Assembly: GCA_013265495.1 (NCBI GenBank)
Contig: MU062133.1
Span: forward strand, 10,146,182 to 10,210,181
DNA: 64,000 nt
Direction: 5' to 3'
Origin: Vicugna vicugna
Lineage: Eukaryota
The translations under genes and the position numbers were made by a program. Under the pieces are notes generated by a model, which searched no databases, had not been told where the DNA came from, and saw only the letters and a list, made by a program, of their open reading frames with translations. Every line of letters begins with the position of its first letter. Positions within the stretch are counted from its first letter, which is position 1. This document shows positions 50,775 to 62,079 of this stretch, in pieces.

Positions 50775-51280
50775 ATTTAACTTTTCTTGTTATTAAATAT
50801 CACTAAAATATGACTTGTTCATTGGAAAAATATTTTAAAAGATAACACCTAAAATTATATAAATTACTTACAACTGTAATCCTGAGAAATAAGCATTTAA
50901 GGGTCCTTTTTTATGCTTCTTCCCTATGTGTATATGCAAGCGTGCGAGCACACACAGAGATGGGCTCACACTATACGTACTGCTCGGTGATGCACTATTT
51001 TGACTTCACGATATGTCACAGGTTCCTTTTTATGTCAGTAAATACAAATCTATAGCATTTCTAAAGGCTTTATGTCATATGCTCGTAATAAGCTACAGAA
51101 CTTACTTAACCAGTGCCTTAATAATGAACATTTAGTGTGTTTTTACTGTTTCACTCTTACAGATAATACTACAGCAAACATTTCTGTATGTATGCGTGCA
51201 TAGTCATTTGATGATTTCCTTGGATTAAATTTGTGGACCTCTGCCCTACGATTTTGATTCAGGGCTGTCCAGCCTAGATT
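50775..51280 (-). mobile_element. Old L1M (L1ME-like) 3' fragment
   Basis: cacactatacgtactgctc...atgtcagtaaatacaaatcta...acttaaccagtgcc...aatgaacatttagtgtgtttt...atttccttggattaaat antisense L1ME pattern. Confidence 0.65.
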
Positions 51281-52209
51281 ACGAAGACCAGGCAGTCAGG
51301 AGACTTGGGGGGACACAGCCTACCTCGTGAGGGCAGAAGTCTGGTGAAACGAATTAGCCAGCTGGGCTGGAATGAAGGTGGGGCCGGGGGCATGAGGTGC
51401 AGGGCAGCTGAGACTGAGCTGGCCTGGCCTGGCCTGGCCTGGTGGCACTTGAGCACTTAGAAGCCCATGGGCAAAGCCACCTCTGCATACCTGCAAGGGC
51501 TGGTGCTGGGGGAGCTCACGGCTCAGGTGCCATGTTCTCAGCAATGCCACGCCCTGGTGCCCTCCGACCCAGAGCCTCGTGGCCTATGCCTGAGGCCAGC
51601 CTGCAGCCTGAGGTCCAGCCTCCTCACACAGCAGGGGCCACAGCAGCAGACAGACAAGGTTCCTGCCATGTCTGGATTATCTGCTGGTCAGAGAGCTTTC
51701 TCTTTGGACTCAGAGACAGAAGGGTTGGAGATGCCCTCCACTCACAGAGCCCTCGCACAAACTGAAGGGATCCCGAGTTGCGGGCAGTCATGGTTGTCAG
51801 CAGGAAGTAGGAGGAGGCTCCAGGCTGGGCCTGAATCAGCCACTGGAATAGAAGAATCATCCCCATGCGTCCAGCCTGCTGCCTCCCAGCAGCCCAGTAG
51901 GGGTGGCCAGCACGGGCAGATAGGCTCCTGACCTTGAGTGTTGTGGGGCTGTTGGCACATTCCTAAGAGCGCCACTGACTTGACACTAGGTCGTCCTTGA
52001 CACTAGGAAGTGCTTTGCTTCTGTGGCTGTCGGGTCAGAGGAGGGGAGTTGGAAAACTAGACAGCTGAGCTTGGATTTGGTGACCGTGGCATTCTCAGCT
52101 CCTGGTGGGGATAGACGTGGAGTTAAGTGTCTGAGAAAAGATTCTGGAGTTGCTCTTCACAGAAGTCAGTTTTCTAAGAATACTCCTTCAAGTTTTAGAC
52201 GTATGAGTG

Positions 52210-52408
52210 TGGCGGGGGTGCAGGGGATGGAGAGACCCAGGGCAGTGGGTTGATGGCCCTTCTTTTGGGGTCTTCTATTCCCTGCCTCTGACACAAGCTG
52301 GCGCATGGCTCTTACTCATCCCAAGCTTCGAGAAGCATGTATTTTAGGATAGGGAAGGACCTTGAGAGTGATGTCACCAGGCGTATCTGATGGGATACAC
52401 CCCTTGTG
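52210..52408 (+). repeat. Direct repeat copy A (199 bp)
   Basis: Aligns ungapped to 53314-53512 with 11 mismatches by manual alignment (~94.5%). Confidence 0.95.
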
Positions 52409-53313
52409 CTCACCAGACCAGACTGGTCTTCCCACTGAACTCATGGTGGGCTTCCCTGCCACCTGGCCAGTTCCTGGAGGATGAGAATCACATCTGATTC
52501 TCTCTGTATTCCCTTCCACCTCCCCCACCTAGCACCTGCCAGGGCTTTCAATAAATACTCACTGCACACACAGCCATAGCACGTGGCCGGGTGCTGGGTT
52601 GTATGTTTCCCTCACGTGCAGGACTCCCACTGGTTCCCAAGAAGATAGGAAGTTTCCATGGCCCACTTTGGCCCCTGTTGACCAGTGGAAGAACTATCAC
52701 TTTCCTGTGGAATGGGGCCAGGTCACAGGGCTCTGTGTATCCTGCTACAAAGCGGGGACTGCTCGGATGCAAAGAGGCAGGGCTGCTCTCTGCCTGTCAG
52801 TGGTGTGATGAGGATCCTCTACATGAGCAAGAGCATGGTACCAGAACAGCCAGCAGGACCGAAATCCGATGCCAGCACTGCAGTGTGTGACCCCCAACAA
52901 GGGGGGGGGGGTGCTGAGGGGAGGTACAGCTGAGGACCCGGTTAGTTGGGGAAGTGGAGGCTAAGCCAAGGATGGCGTTAACAGACACCTAGGCTCCGAG
53001 GTGACTCAGGGTGAATGCCGATCCCCATCGGTGCTGAGGAGCACCCCATGTGGCATCCCAGCCTCCATCCTGGGACTGTCTCAGGGCTACCTGGCAGGCC
53101 CCTTACCCCTCTGTGTGCCCTGCATCCTGGGAGGACATCACAAATGTCTCCAACCTAATGGGAGCTGTTCCACTAGAGGACACTGTGTACCGTGCCCTGG
53201 ACTTTCACACTCACAGGAGCTTCACCCAGTGAAGCCATCCCGCAGGTGCCCTCGCTGAGCACACTCACGTCCTCTGCTTCCTTCTCTCCCTCACTGCAGG
53301 CAGCCTTGTTCAT

Positions 53314-53512
53314 TGGCGGGGGTGCGGGGAATAGAGAGACCCAGGGTAGTGGGTTGATGGCCCTTCTTTTGGGGTCTTCTATTCCCTGCCTCTGACGCAA
53401 GCTGGCTCATGGCTCTTACTCATCCCAACCTTCAAGAAGCATGTATTTTAGGATTGGGAAGGACCTTGAGAGTGATATCACCAGGCATATCTGATGGGAT
53501 ACACCCCTTGTG
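53314..53512 (+). repeat. Direct repeat copy B (199 bp)
   Basis: Aligns to 52210-52408; offset 1104 bp. Confidence 0.95.
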
Positions 53513-55201
53513 GGCTCCTCTTTCTTATCCATCCCCCTTTGGCTTCCACCCCAAGGATGGACCTGTGGGCTGACATTTCAGTGCTACTTTCTCCAACACA
53601 TACAAGCTGCCACCCACTTGTCCTTAGTTCTTGCCTGTCCTGGCCACATCCTGGGGACCTTGGCAGCCCCTACCTCCTCCGGGCATCTGGGAGCTCAGAC
53701 CCCCTAGGAGGCCATGTAACCCGTGGGCTCGGGCACAGGTCCTTCAGTGGAGCTTCAGCCAAACCCTCAGCCTGGCCCGGGTATCCTTAGTACATCTCTG
53801 GTCCATTCCCTGCCCGGTCCCTGCAGCTGTTCCCCACCTTCTCCACTGTCCTAAAGTCGTCCAGCCGGCCCCGTCCACCTCGGGATCCACAAATGATCTC
53901 ACTGCTTGTGTCCCATTGAGAAATGTCTCATGGAGAACTGTGGGCAACATCTCTGTCTTTCTGGCTACCCCAACCCCTTTTCCTCCTTCTGCCTATAAAT
54001 GAGGTTGTCTGTGCTCCCTGGTTTCCCTCAGCTTTCCTGTCTCTCATCGACCCCTTTCCTCTGTCTGCATCAGCTGTCCCTGGGGCTTGATTCTGGGGCA
54101 GCACCTCTGTCCTAAGGCCCCGACCACTTCTCCAGAGTCCTGAGAATCCGTTATCCACCTGTCTTGATCTCTTCTGAGACTCAGCCTGGCCAGACCTCTA
54201 GGGGTGCCTCACCGCTCGCCCCTCCCTCGACTGTGAACCTCCGTCTTCTTCGCCTTGAGTCTGTCATCTTCCCTCCTGGATCATGAGCTTCTGGAGGACA
54301 GGGACTGTTCTCTTACCTCCCCATCATGGGATCAGATGATCTTATTCAGTTCAGAGGACATAGGACTGCTGGACAGAGTGACCTCACAGGCCGTGTAGGT
54401 TGGACAGGACCCAAGACTGGGAGACTGGCCCCAATCCACCACCTTGTCCTAAATCCACCGCTAACTCCAGGCAAGCCCCAGACAGCTTTCAGAGCCTCTG
54501 TCTCCTGTGCTGTAGGTGGAGAATAATCCCCCACCATCCTAGCTCCCAAGAGGGGCTTGGCAGCTTCAGCGGGAAAATGACGCTGCCTGGGCGGCAGTGC
54601 TCAGCCTTCGGTGAACCCTGTGGGCACCTGGGGGCCTTTAACCAATGTAACACACCTGGGTTCTTCCCCCAGACCTTCTAACTTAGCTGTTCTCATGGGG
54701 ATGGGTATCTGTGTATCCTAAAGCCTTAACCACTACTCTCAATCAAAGATATTACCAAACTCCTGGATTCTAAGCCCTGAGCAATGGAGGCGAAGGTTAC
54801 GGAGATTTGGCAAAACAGAATTCCTGGATAATATGTAATTTATCTCCTCTTTAAGATGTTCTAAAAGCCTAACCCCTGGATCTAGCCACCTGAAAGCCAG
54901 GGAACTTGGCTATGGTCCAGTGGCAACCCTGTTCATCTCGCCCCAGCCTAAAAATGCTTTTACATCAACCATACTTGTTAGAAGATCTTTTTTTTTTTCC
55001 CTATTGATCACATGGAGATGCCCACATTTAGGATTTGGGGGCAGTTAATGTTCCTCCTGACCTGGTGACCCCGTCACTGGTACCCTTGGAGAAGTGCCTC
55101 TGATCTGAGCACATATTTTCCTCCGGGGCCACTGTCAGAGTGTCTCACGTTGGATCACGTTGTAACAGATCAGCTCCTTGTTTGTTTCTTCCAGGTCTAA
55201 A

Positions 55202-55379
55202 CAGTGGCTCTCAACCCTGGCCGGATATTAAAATCACCCAGGGAAGTTCTTTAAATGCCGATATCCAGGCTACACATCAGATCTATTAGATCAAAATCTC
55301 TCCAGATGGGACGCAGGCATCAGTGTCTTTGTGACGCTCCCCAGGCAGTTCCAACAGGACGCCAAGGTCAGAGGCACCG
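55202..55379 (+). mobile_element. MER5-family MITE (MER5A1-like)
   Basis: cagtggctctcaaccctggc...aaaatcacccagggaag...atcaaaatctct...caggcatcagtgtcttt...ctccccaggcagttccaa...gccaaggtcagaggcaccg. Confidence 0.85.
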
Positions 55380-56010
55380 CCAAGCCTAGGGGTGTGACCC
55401 ACCTCTAGCAGACGTGGGGACTTCCCAGGTGTGGCTTCCCCCAGGCAGCATGCCCTGTGCCACTTCCCGCCCCTACACTTGTTTGTCTCTCTCCTGCTTT
55501 TGGTTTACATTGTCTTACAGTATCCTTTTAAGTCACCTTCAGTCCTTTCTGAACTCAGTGAGGTGAAAACAAACAGAATAGAAAGCTTCCTGCTTTTCTC
55601 TGGCTGGGCCCTGGGCACAGCTTCCGCCCCGTCAGGCATCCAAAGAGAGAGGGTTGGAGCCCCCGCTTCCCCACCTAGAGGTGCCAGGTCGGCACCCTCG
55701 GTTCTGGTAATCCCCACACTGGGGAATTACAGCCAGTTCTGCCAAGAGCTCTCCAAGGCCCGTGAGAGAGGCTGGGTCAGTTCACAGCATCTGTGTGCTG
55801 ACATGGGACTGGGGCCAAGAGGGGGCTGACGGGGTGGCCCACCAGAGCATCACTGTGCCCTGGACGGCAGCTGTGCACCCTTGTCTGCCCTCCTCCGTCC
55901 GCACAATTCGGCCCCATGCTCAACAACGTGCTGAGATCGTTGGCCATTGGCAGGAGGTGCCCTGGGGGCAGATCCCCAATTTCTGGATGCTGAGTTGTGC
56001 GGGAAGAGCA
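55350..56010 (+). repeat. Inverted repeat, left arm
   Basis: Reverse complement of 62080-62702 plus 63010-63042; also visible as identical peptide MASPRQHALCHFPPLHLFVSLLLLVYIVLQYPFKSPSVLSELSEVKTNRIESFLLFSGWALGTA in the ORFs at 55431(+) and 62360-62638(-). Confidence 0.97.
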
Positions 56011-56644
56011 CACACACAGGGAGGCAGTTCCCCTTAGCAAATGGGGGTGGGGTGGGCACACACAGCAATTCACTCTTGCTGCAAAACCTCGTTTGGCACC
56101 TGGGCTAGAAATAGCTTATCTGCAAAACCTCAGAGTTTATTTTTGTGTCCAAGTTTGATTTTCCAAGTGACCTGTCTCCTTCCTTCCCTTGCACCTGCCC
56201 CGGAGGCCAGGGCTGCCGGGAACAGTTGTGAGTCTGTGCCCTACAGGAGGGCATCTGGCTCGGGGAGCATGGGAGCTGACACCCAGCCCAGGCTCTGCAA
56301 GCTTTTCTGTGCCCTGTGAGTGCTCAGAGGGAGGAGAGCCTCTTTCTAATTTGTGCAGAAATGCTGAATAGAGTGGTAGTGGCCCTGCCAGAGTTGTGCT
56401 CGGGGAGAGCATCACACACACTTTTGTCCAGTGACCGTTTAAGGACGCTCCTGAATATGTGGGCTCCTGTCTCTTACTGATGATCTCATATATTTGCAGG
56501 TCACTCAGAAGAACTTTTAAGCTTTTGTCTTCTAATCATAAATTCTCCCTTTCTCATGCAACATGACAGATAGAGTTAGAAGCACTAGGGCTGTAGGAGG
56601 AATACTCCCAGCACATAGTAAAACGAAATGGTATTCCCTAACAC

Positions 56645-57260
56645 AGTCATTCATTCAAGCACTTGTTGGCAGCTACATTGTATATTGTTCTAGGTCTGAA
56701 ATCCAGAGAGGTCTGACAAAAGCCAGTCCTCAAGGAGTTGGCAGTCCAGGAGGGAGACCAGCAAGCAAATACATTCTTATAATACATTGTAATAAATGCA
56801 ACAATAGGAGATTACAGAATGTGCTCTGGATGAACTCATTCACTCAACAAATATTTCTTGAGCACCTGCTCTATGCCAGGCATTATTCCAGGCACTGGAG
56901 ATACAGCAGTGACCATGAGACCAAATTCCTGAACCAGAGCTCACATGTGAGGCCACGAGAGCACTCAGCAACTCACTTAGTTTGGTCAAAACCACAGGCT
57001 TCCAAAAAGAGGAAACTTCAAGCTGGAAAGTAGCATGTGTGTATCTGTCTGTCTGTGTATATGTGTGCATGCAGGCAACAGGAACAACTTGTGCAAAAGC
57101 CTGAAGATATGCAAGGACAGGAGAGCTCAGACCATAACTGCTAAGGGAGACCTAAGCGTTGGGAGATGTGGCTGGAAAGGTAATTGGGTCTCAGCTGTGA
57201 TGGGCATTGAGTGCAACGCTAAGCCTCCAGAACCCACCCTCTTGGATAATGGGAACAGAG
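56645..57260 (-). mobile_element. Two adjacent L2 3' fragments
   Basis: Antisense L2 tails cattcattcaagcacttg (~56648) and ctcattcactcaacaaatatttcttgagcacctgctctatgccaggc (~56836). Confidence 0.8.
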
Positions 57261-57544
57261 CTGAGGGCTCACGGAGCACCGGTCTGAGACCACTCTCACA
57301 GCCAGGCTCCCCGTGCACTCCCTGACCCCCAGAGACTCTAGCAGCCTCTTGCTCTGGGCAGCCGCTGCCCCAACCCCACTTCGTTAGAATGTCCAAGGTT
57401 AAGATCGTATGACTTACTTTACCTCCTCCTATGACCCAGTGCTTTTAGTTCTCAGAGTAAATACTTCCACATAATTTCATCTACTTGGTCAAGAAGGAGA
57501 CCCTAGGAAGGAAACAGAGGGGGATTATTGCTGCCATTAATTAT

Positions 57545-57660
57545 ACCAAACAACACGCTGAGGTCCAGAGAGGGCCAGTGTCTTGCCTGAGGTCACACAG
57601 CCCATGAGAGCAGGTGGGAACTAGAGTCCTTGTTTCCTGATTCCCAATCCAGAGCCCCTG
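57545..57660 (-). mobile_element. MIR fragment
   Basis: gctgaggtccagagagggccagtgtcttgcctgaggtcacacagc...cctgattcccaatccagagc. Confidence 0.75.
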
Positions 57661-58132
57661 TGGCCTCCGTGTCAACTGCCACTCCTTCAGTTGATGCCTC
57701 GGAGCCCTGAGTGTCAGTCTGCACCTGCCTGTCTTCTGCAAACGTTAGTTGAGCGCCTACCGTGTGTCAAGCCCAGCTCTGAGTGGCCATCCTCTGGGCT
57801 TCAATGTAGCACCACCCACACCCAGGAGGGAAACTGGAAGAATCACATCTGGGTTGTCCTTCCTTCCACCCACCGTGACCCAAGAGGCCGACGGACCTCA
57901 GGCAGCCAGGCCCGGGCTGTCACCCACCTGTGCCAAGTTGAACAGAGACCTTTGCCACCGGGAGACCACGCCATTCACTCCTGCATCCTCTCATCCAGGC
58001 CACTCGGAGGCGCATTAATTACAGCTGCTGATACATGTTTTCACTCCTACTTGTAAGGGAGCTGGAAGCTAAAAGAATGGGGGAGACTTAAGCCTCGTTC
58101 AGGGGGCTGGAGCTTCCCCGTGTGAGACAGAT

Positions 58133-58290
58133 GCAGCCTAGCAACCCTCTCGGGCCCTTCTTTTGATTTGTAGCAACTCATTTAGATAAAAGCATCTGGT
58201 TCGTGAGGTAGCAACAACACCACAAAATCATTAAAAGCATATTTCTGCTTTCACTAAGTAACCTAGTAACAGCGCAGCAGGTAGCAATTA
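58133..58290. promoter_or_regulatory. RFX X-box cluster (candidate enhancer)
   Basis: GTAACCTAGTAAC (58258-58270) fits GTNRCC-N-RGYAAC exactly; GCAGCCTAGCAAC (58133-58145) has one mismatch; GTAGCAAC at 58170 and 58208; GTAGCAAT at 58281. Confidence 0.55.
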
Positions 58291-58669
58291 ACCCGGCCCC
58301 CTCCTCCAGGTACACAGGCAGGTGCTGAACGTGGGAAATGAAAGTCAGACTATGGAGAGGGCCTATCGTCCAGGGTCCCTTCTCAGATCAGCGCTGAGTC
58401 TCACAGATGTGCACGAGGCCGCCCCACCCGTCAGCCAGAGAGCCTCGCCCTCCCATTAGTGCGGACAGGAGGCACCCTCCCTCTCCAACCCAGAATAAAC
58501 AGTGCAATGATTTATTTAGCACCAGTTCAAGGCTTTCTAAAACACACTCGGAGTGCTCTGCATCTTGAGCAGGTGAGCACAGAGCTGCACCGCTGGCTTT
58601 GTGAATCAGATAAAGTAAGTCTGACCCCGGACCAGGTAGCCAAACTCGCCTCCCGTGACCTCCACTCCA

Positions 58670-58734
58670 ACACACGTGCACGTGCGTGCACACGCACGCA
58701 CACACACGCACACACACACATGCACACACACACG
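58670..58734. repeat. Mixed (CA/CG/TG)n alternating purine-pyrimidine tract
   Basis: 65 bp of uninterrupted R/Y alternation. Confidence 0.95.
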
Positions 58735-59647
58735 GCCTCCGCTCCCATCTAGACAGACCCGGTGCTCCTCACTGACCCTGCTCGTGTGCGTCACACCTCT
58801 GGGCATTTGTCCTATACTAAGCCTGCCTCTCCTGTCCCTATGCATCTCCTGGCAAAGTGCTCCCAGGTCACCCACCCCTGGGAATTTTCTCTTCTCTGAC
58901 TTCCTGATGCTGTTACTCTCCCCAGCACCCATCCGGTTCTTTTTTGGGTCAAGTGCAATCCTTTCACTGTCCGCGGTGCTGAAGGCTCATCCCGGGCCCC
59001 TGTGAGCTCAGAGCTGAGCACATATTAACACTGTAAAGGAACTGATCATGGGAAGTCAACTCACATGGCCTCCAGTGTGGCTTCTGGTCCCCCAGGCCCT
59101 CTGTTTCCCTGCTGTCACTGAACACTCTCACCTGACACCTGGCTGTTTTCTTGTCTGCCTTGGGAGACAGCTAGGAGTCTGCTAAGGGCAAGGGCTGTGT
59201 CTCAGTCACTGGGTCCCTCCCCAAAGCCTGGCACAAAGAAGGCCCTGGAACACATGGGATGAGTAAGTGACCTGTGTGCCTCAGAAGCATCTCATTTAAC
59301 CTGCCTCACCTGTGTGTGCTCAGGGCCCTGCCACACCCATCAGAGCAGCTCACAGCCGCCTACTGTAGGGCAGTGAGGGCAGTGCACTGGCCCAGCCCTT
59401 CTGAGGCCACCACCCCTGGGGACACCACGCACCCAGGCCAGAGCTCTCCTTTCTGCTCTTCTGAGCACTGTCCCCAGACCAGGAGGAAGACAGGCTCCCT
59501 GAATCCTGCTGGAAACCAGGCTCTCAATATTCTTACTTTAACATTTAAAACTGTTTTGGACAGGTGCGTCTCATGTTCAGAGGGGCCTCACAGCCTTCAC
59601 TCATTTGTTCATCATTCATTCATTCATTCATCTGGGGAATGTTTACA

Positions 59648-59880
59648 GTGAGCAGCATAGTGTAGGTCAGGAGCACAGATGGTGGAACCAGCCCTGCCCT
59701 TTACCAGCCGGGTGACTTCCGGCACACTGTTGAATCTCTCATGCCTCAATTTCTTCACCTGCAAAATAAGGATTATAACTATACCTCCCTCACAAGGTGG
59801 TTACAGGATTTAGTTAACATAAGGCAGCACCGAGAGCAGTGCACGAAACATAGTCCAGTACAAGGGTGTGCTATTATTAT
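59648..59880 (+). mobile_element. MIR SINE (near full length)
   Basis: gagcagcatagtgtaggtcaggagcacag...ctctcatgcctcaatttcttcacctgcaaaataaggattataactatacctccctcacaagg...gctattattat. Confidence 0.85.
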
Positions 59881-60789
59881 CCTAAGGGCTAGGACCCCAG
59901 CCAAGACATGGACTTAAATCATGCTGTCCTCAGGACCAAATGCACCTCCAAGGAAGGTGTCGGTGTGCCCACCCCCTGCACCCCTCCTTCATGCCAGTCA
60001 CCCGGTGGCCTCTGCTTGCTGAACACATCCAGTCAGCAGGGGACTTCGGCTCCCAGTGAGGCAGCCCTCCTCAACCCACAGGAATCCCAAACAGCCACTG
60101 GGCTGCAAACTGATTCTCTGCAGACAACGGCAGAAGGTCCAGGGGCCCCTCCTTACTTCTGGTGGGGAATCTCCCAGCACCCATCACAGCCCCGCACTTC
60201 CTCACCCCCGAAGAGGACTTGAACTCCTGCTCAGCCCACAGCTGCCCCAAACTGTGGATGAATGACCATCAGAGACTTTGGGGCTCGTACCACCCAGGGC
60301 TGCCACTGGCCGGCTTTGGGACCTGGAAGCATGTCCCTGCCTCCTCTTTGGATCTCAGTTTCTTTATCTGTGTCATGAGGGGAGTGGATTCATGATTGAT
60401 CCCCAAGGGGCCAGCCAGGCTCTGTCCGGAGGAGTGACACTCTGGATGTGGCCACATGGGGGCTTCTGGGACAACACCCCAGTTAGCACTGTGGCTTCAG
60501 AAGGTATGTCAGCATGTCCTTGGGGCATCTGTCATTAACAATTATGAAGCCATTATCTGGTAAATAATTCATAACCCAAGAGATGGGATAAGCCGCCAAT
60601 AAACAATAATCCGTTTAGAACGAGGCTTGGCGGGGGCAGTGCATCAACGGGGATGCCACTCCATCCTCACCACTGGGGTCCTGCTAAGAGCCCGGCTCGG
60701 GCCTTGCCTCTCTGAAGCCCTCCCTCCCCACCCAAAGGCATCACCCACTCCCCTAGCCCAGCAGGATTTAGTCTCTGGAGTAACAGGGA

Positions 60790-61020
60790 TAGGTATTGAG
60801 TGTTGACAGTGGGCCGGGGCTCTGCTAAAGGATTTCCGTGTGCTCTCTCCCCGAATTCTCCCACCAACCCTATGGACGGGGGCACTGTTATTGTCCACCT
60901 TTACAGAGAAGTAAACCAAGGTCCAGAGAGGCTGAATAACTTACCCCAGGTCAGTGTGACTTGGGAGCTCTGCCTCTGCCCCAGCGTGTCCCACACTCTC
61001 TTCTGCCATGAGTTTTAACC
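60790..61020 (-). mobile_element. MIR SINE
   Basis: gtattgagtgttgacagtgggccgggg...aaccctatggacgggggcactgttattgtccacctttacagagaagtaaaccaaggtccagagaggctgaataacttacccca. Confidence 0.8.
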
Positions 61021-62079
61021 TCTCACTTGTCTGGCCTTGGTCTCCGTGTGACCTAGACTCGGAGCCCGGGAGGCCTGTGCTCCCCTTCTGTCTCCCTCAC
61101 CCAGGGCAGGGCCCCGGAGGTGTCTCCTAGGGCCTGCAGACCACAGCCTCACCGGCCGGCTGGCTGGTTAGTGATGCCGTTAGGCTTCTTAGTGGTGTTT
61201 GGAGGCCAAACCAAGGCCCCTGGGGCGTGGAGTGGGAGGGGTGTCTTCAGGACACTGTCTGAACGCCCCGTCTTCTCAGGGGCCTGGCGCACTTCCCCAT
61301 ATCAGGGAGGTGCTGCAGCCTTCTGGCCACGTTCCTGTGGAGACCTCTGTCCTGGGGAAGGAGTTCTGCGCCCAGATGGTGTGAACAGGACTGCGTGGGT
61401 TGGTTTGTGTTTAGTGTCTGGTTGGCTCTGCCAAGAGCTGCTCCTCTCCCGCCCACTCTGTCACCGTACCAGCTAGGGCAGCTGCTCGCCCTCTGTCTGC
61501 AGGACCATTTCAAAGACCTGCCCAGAGGCCCTCAGTCAGGGAGGGACCCCAAGGAAGAGGAGGGGAGAGCTCTCTCACTGCTAAGAAGGTCCATTCTCGG
61601 CCCTCCCCTGGGTGGGGCGCATCAGCACCCACACGCCAGCCTCCCCAAGGCCTGCTGTCAGGAACGATCTCGGGCGCACTTCTCAGACCACAGAGCCACC
61701 CTGAGTTGGGAGCTGTGAGGAACAGGGTGGAGTTGCTGGATGCTTGGCCCTGTAATGGTCACATCTGGAACGTGGCACAGACCTTGCGGCCAGCCCCTGT
61801 GGTGGAAGAAGCCACAGCGGTTCCCCACGCGTGCTCATTTCTCAATAACTGTGGTAACCAGCCCCGGGGGAGGCCCCTTTTAGCCTTCTGACCTCTCCTA
61901 CTCTAGAATGGGTGGTCAGGACTGGGAGACACCAAGGCCAGGAGAATGGGTCCCTTGCTGCTTTCTAGAACAGCTTGAAACAGACAGAAACTCCGCATCT
62001 CCTTTGAGAAGGATTTCCCGAAGGAGGCACCAGTCCTGCCCTGCTGGTCAGACCCCTGCACTGACACACGTCCCCAGGC

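Noticed and set aside
55431-55829. ORF with a hydrophobic N-terminus repeated at 62360-62638, suggesting a duplicated small membrane-protein gene
   Set aside because: Identity is explained by the DNA inverted repeat; starts are non-ATG, and the frames diverge and end differently in the two arms
58000-58013. CTCF-like CCACTCGGAGGCGC
   Set aside because: Two mismatches at informative core positions; not supportable without a matrix score or ChIP
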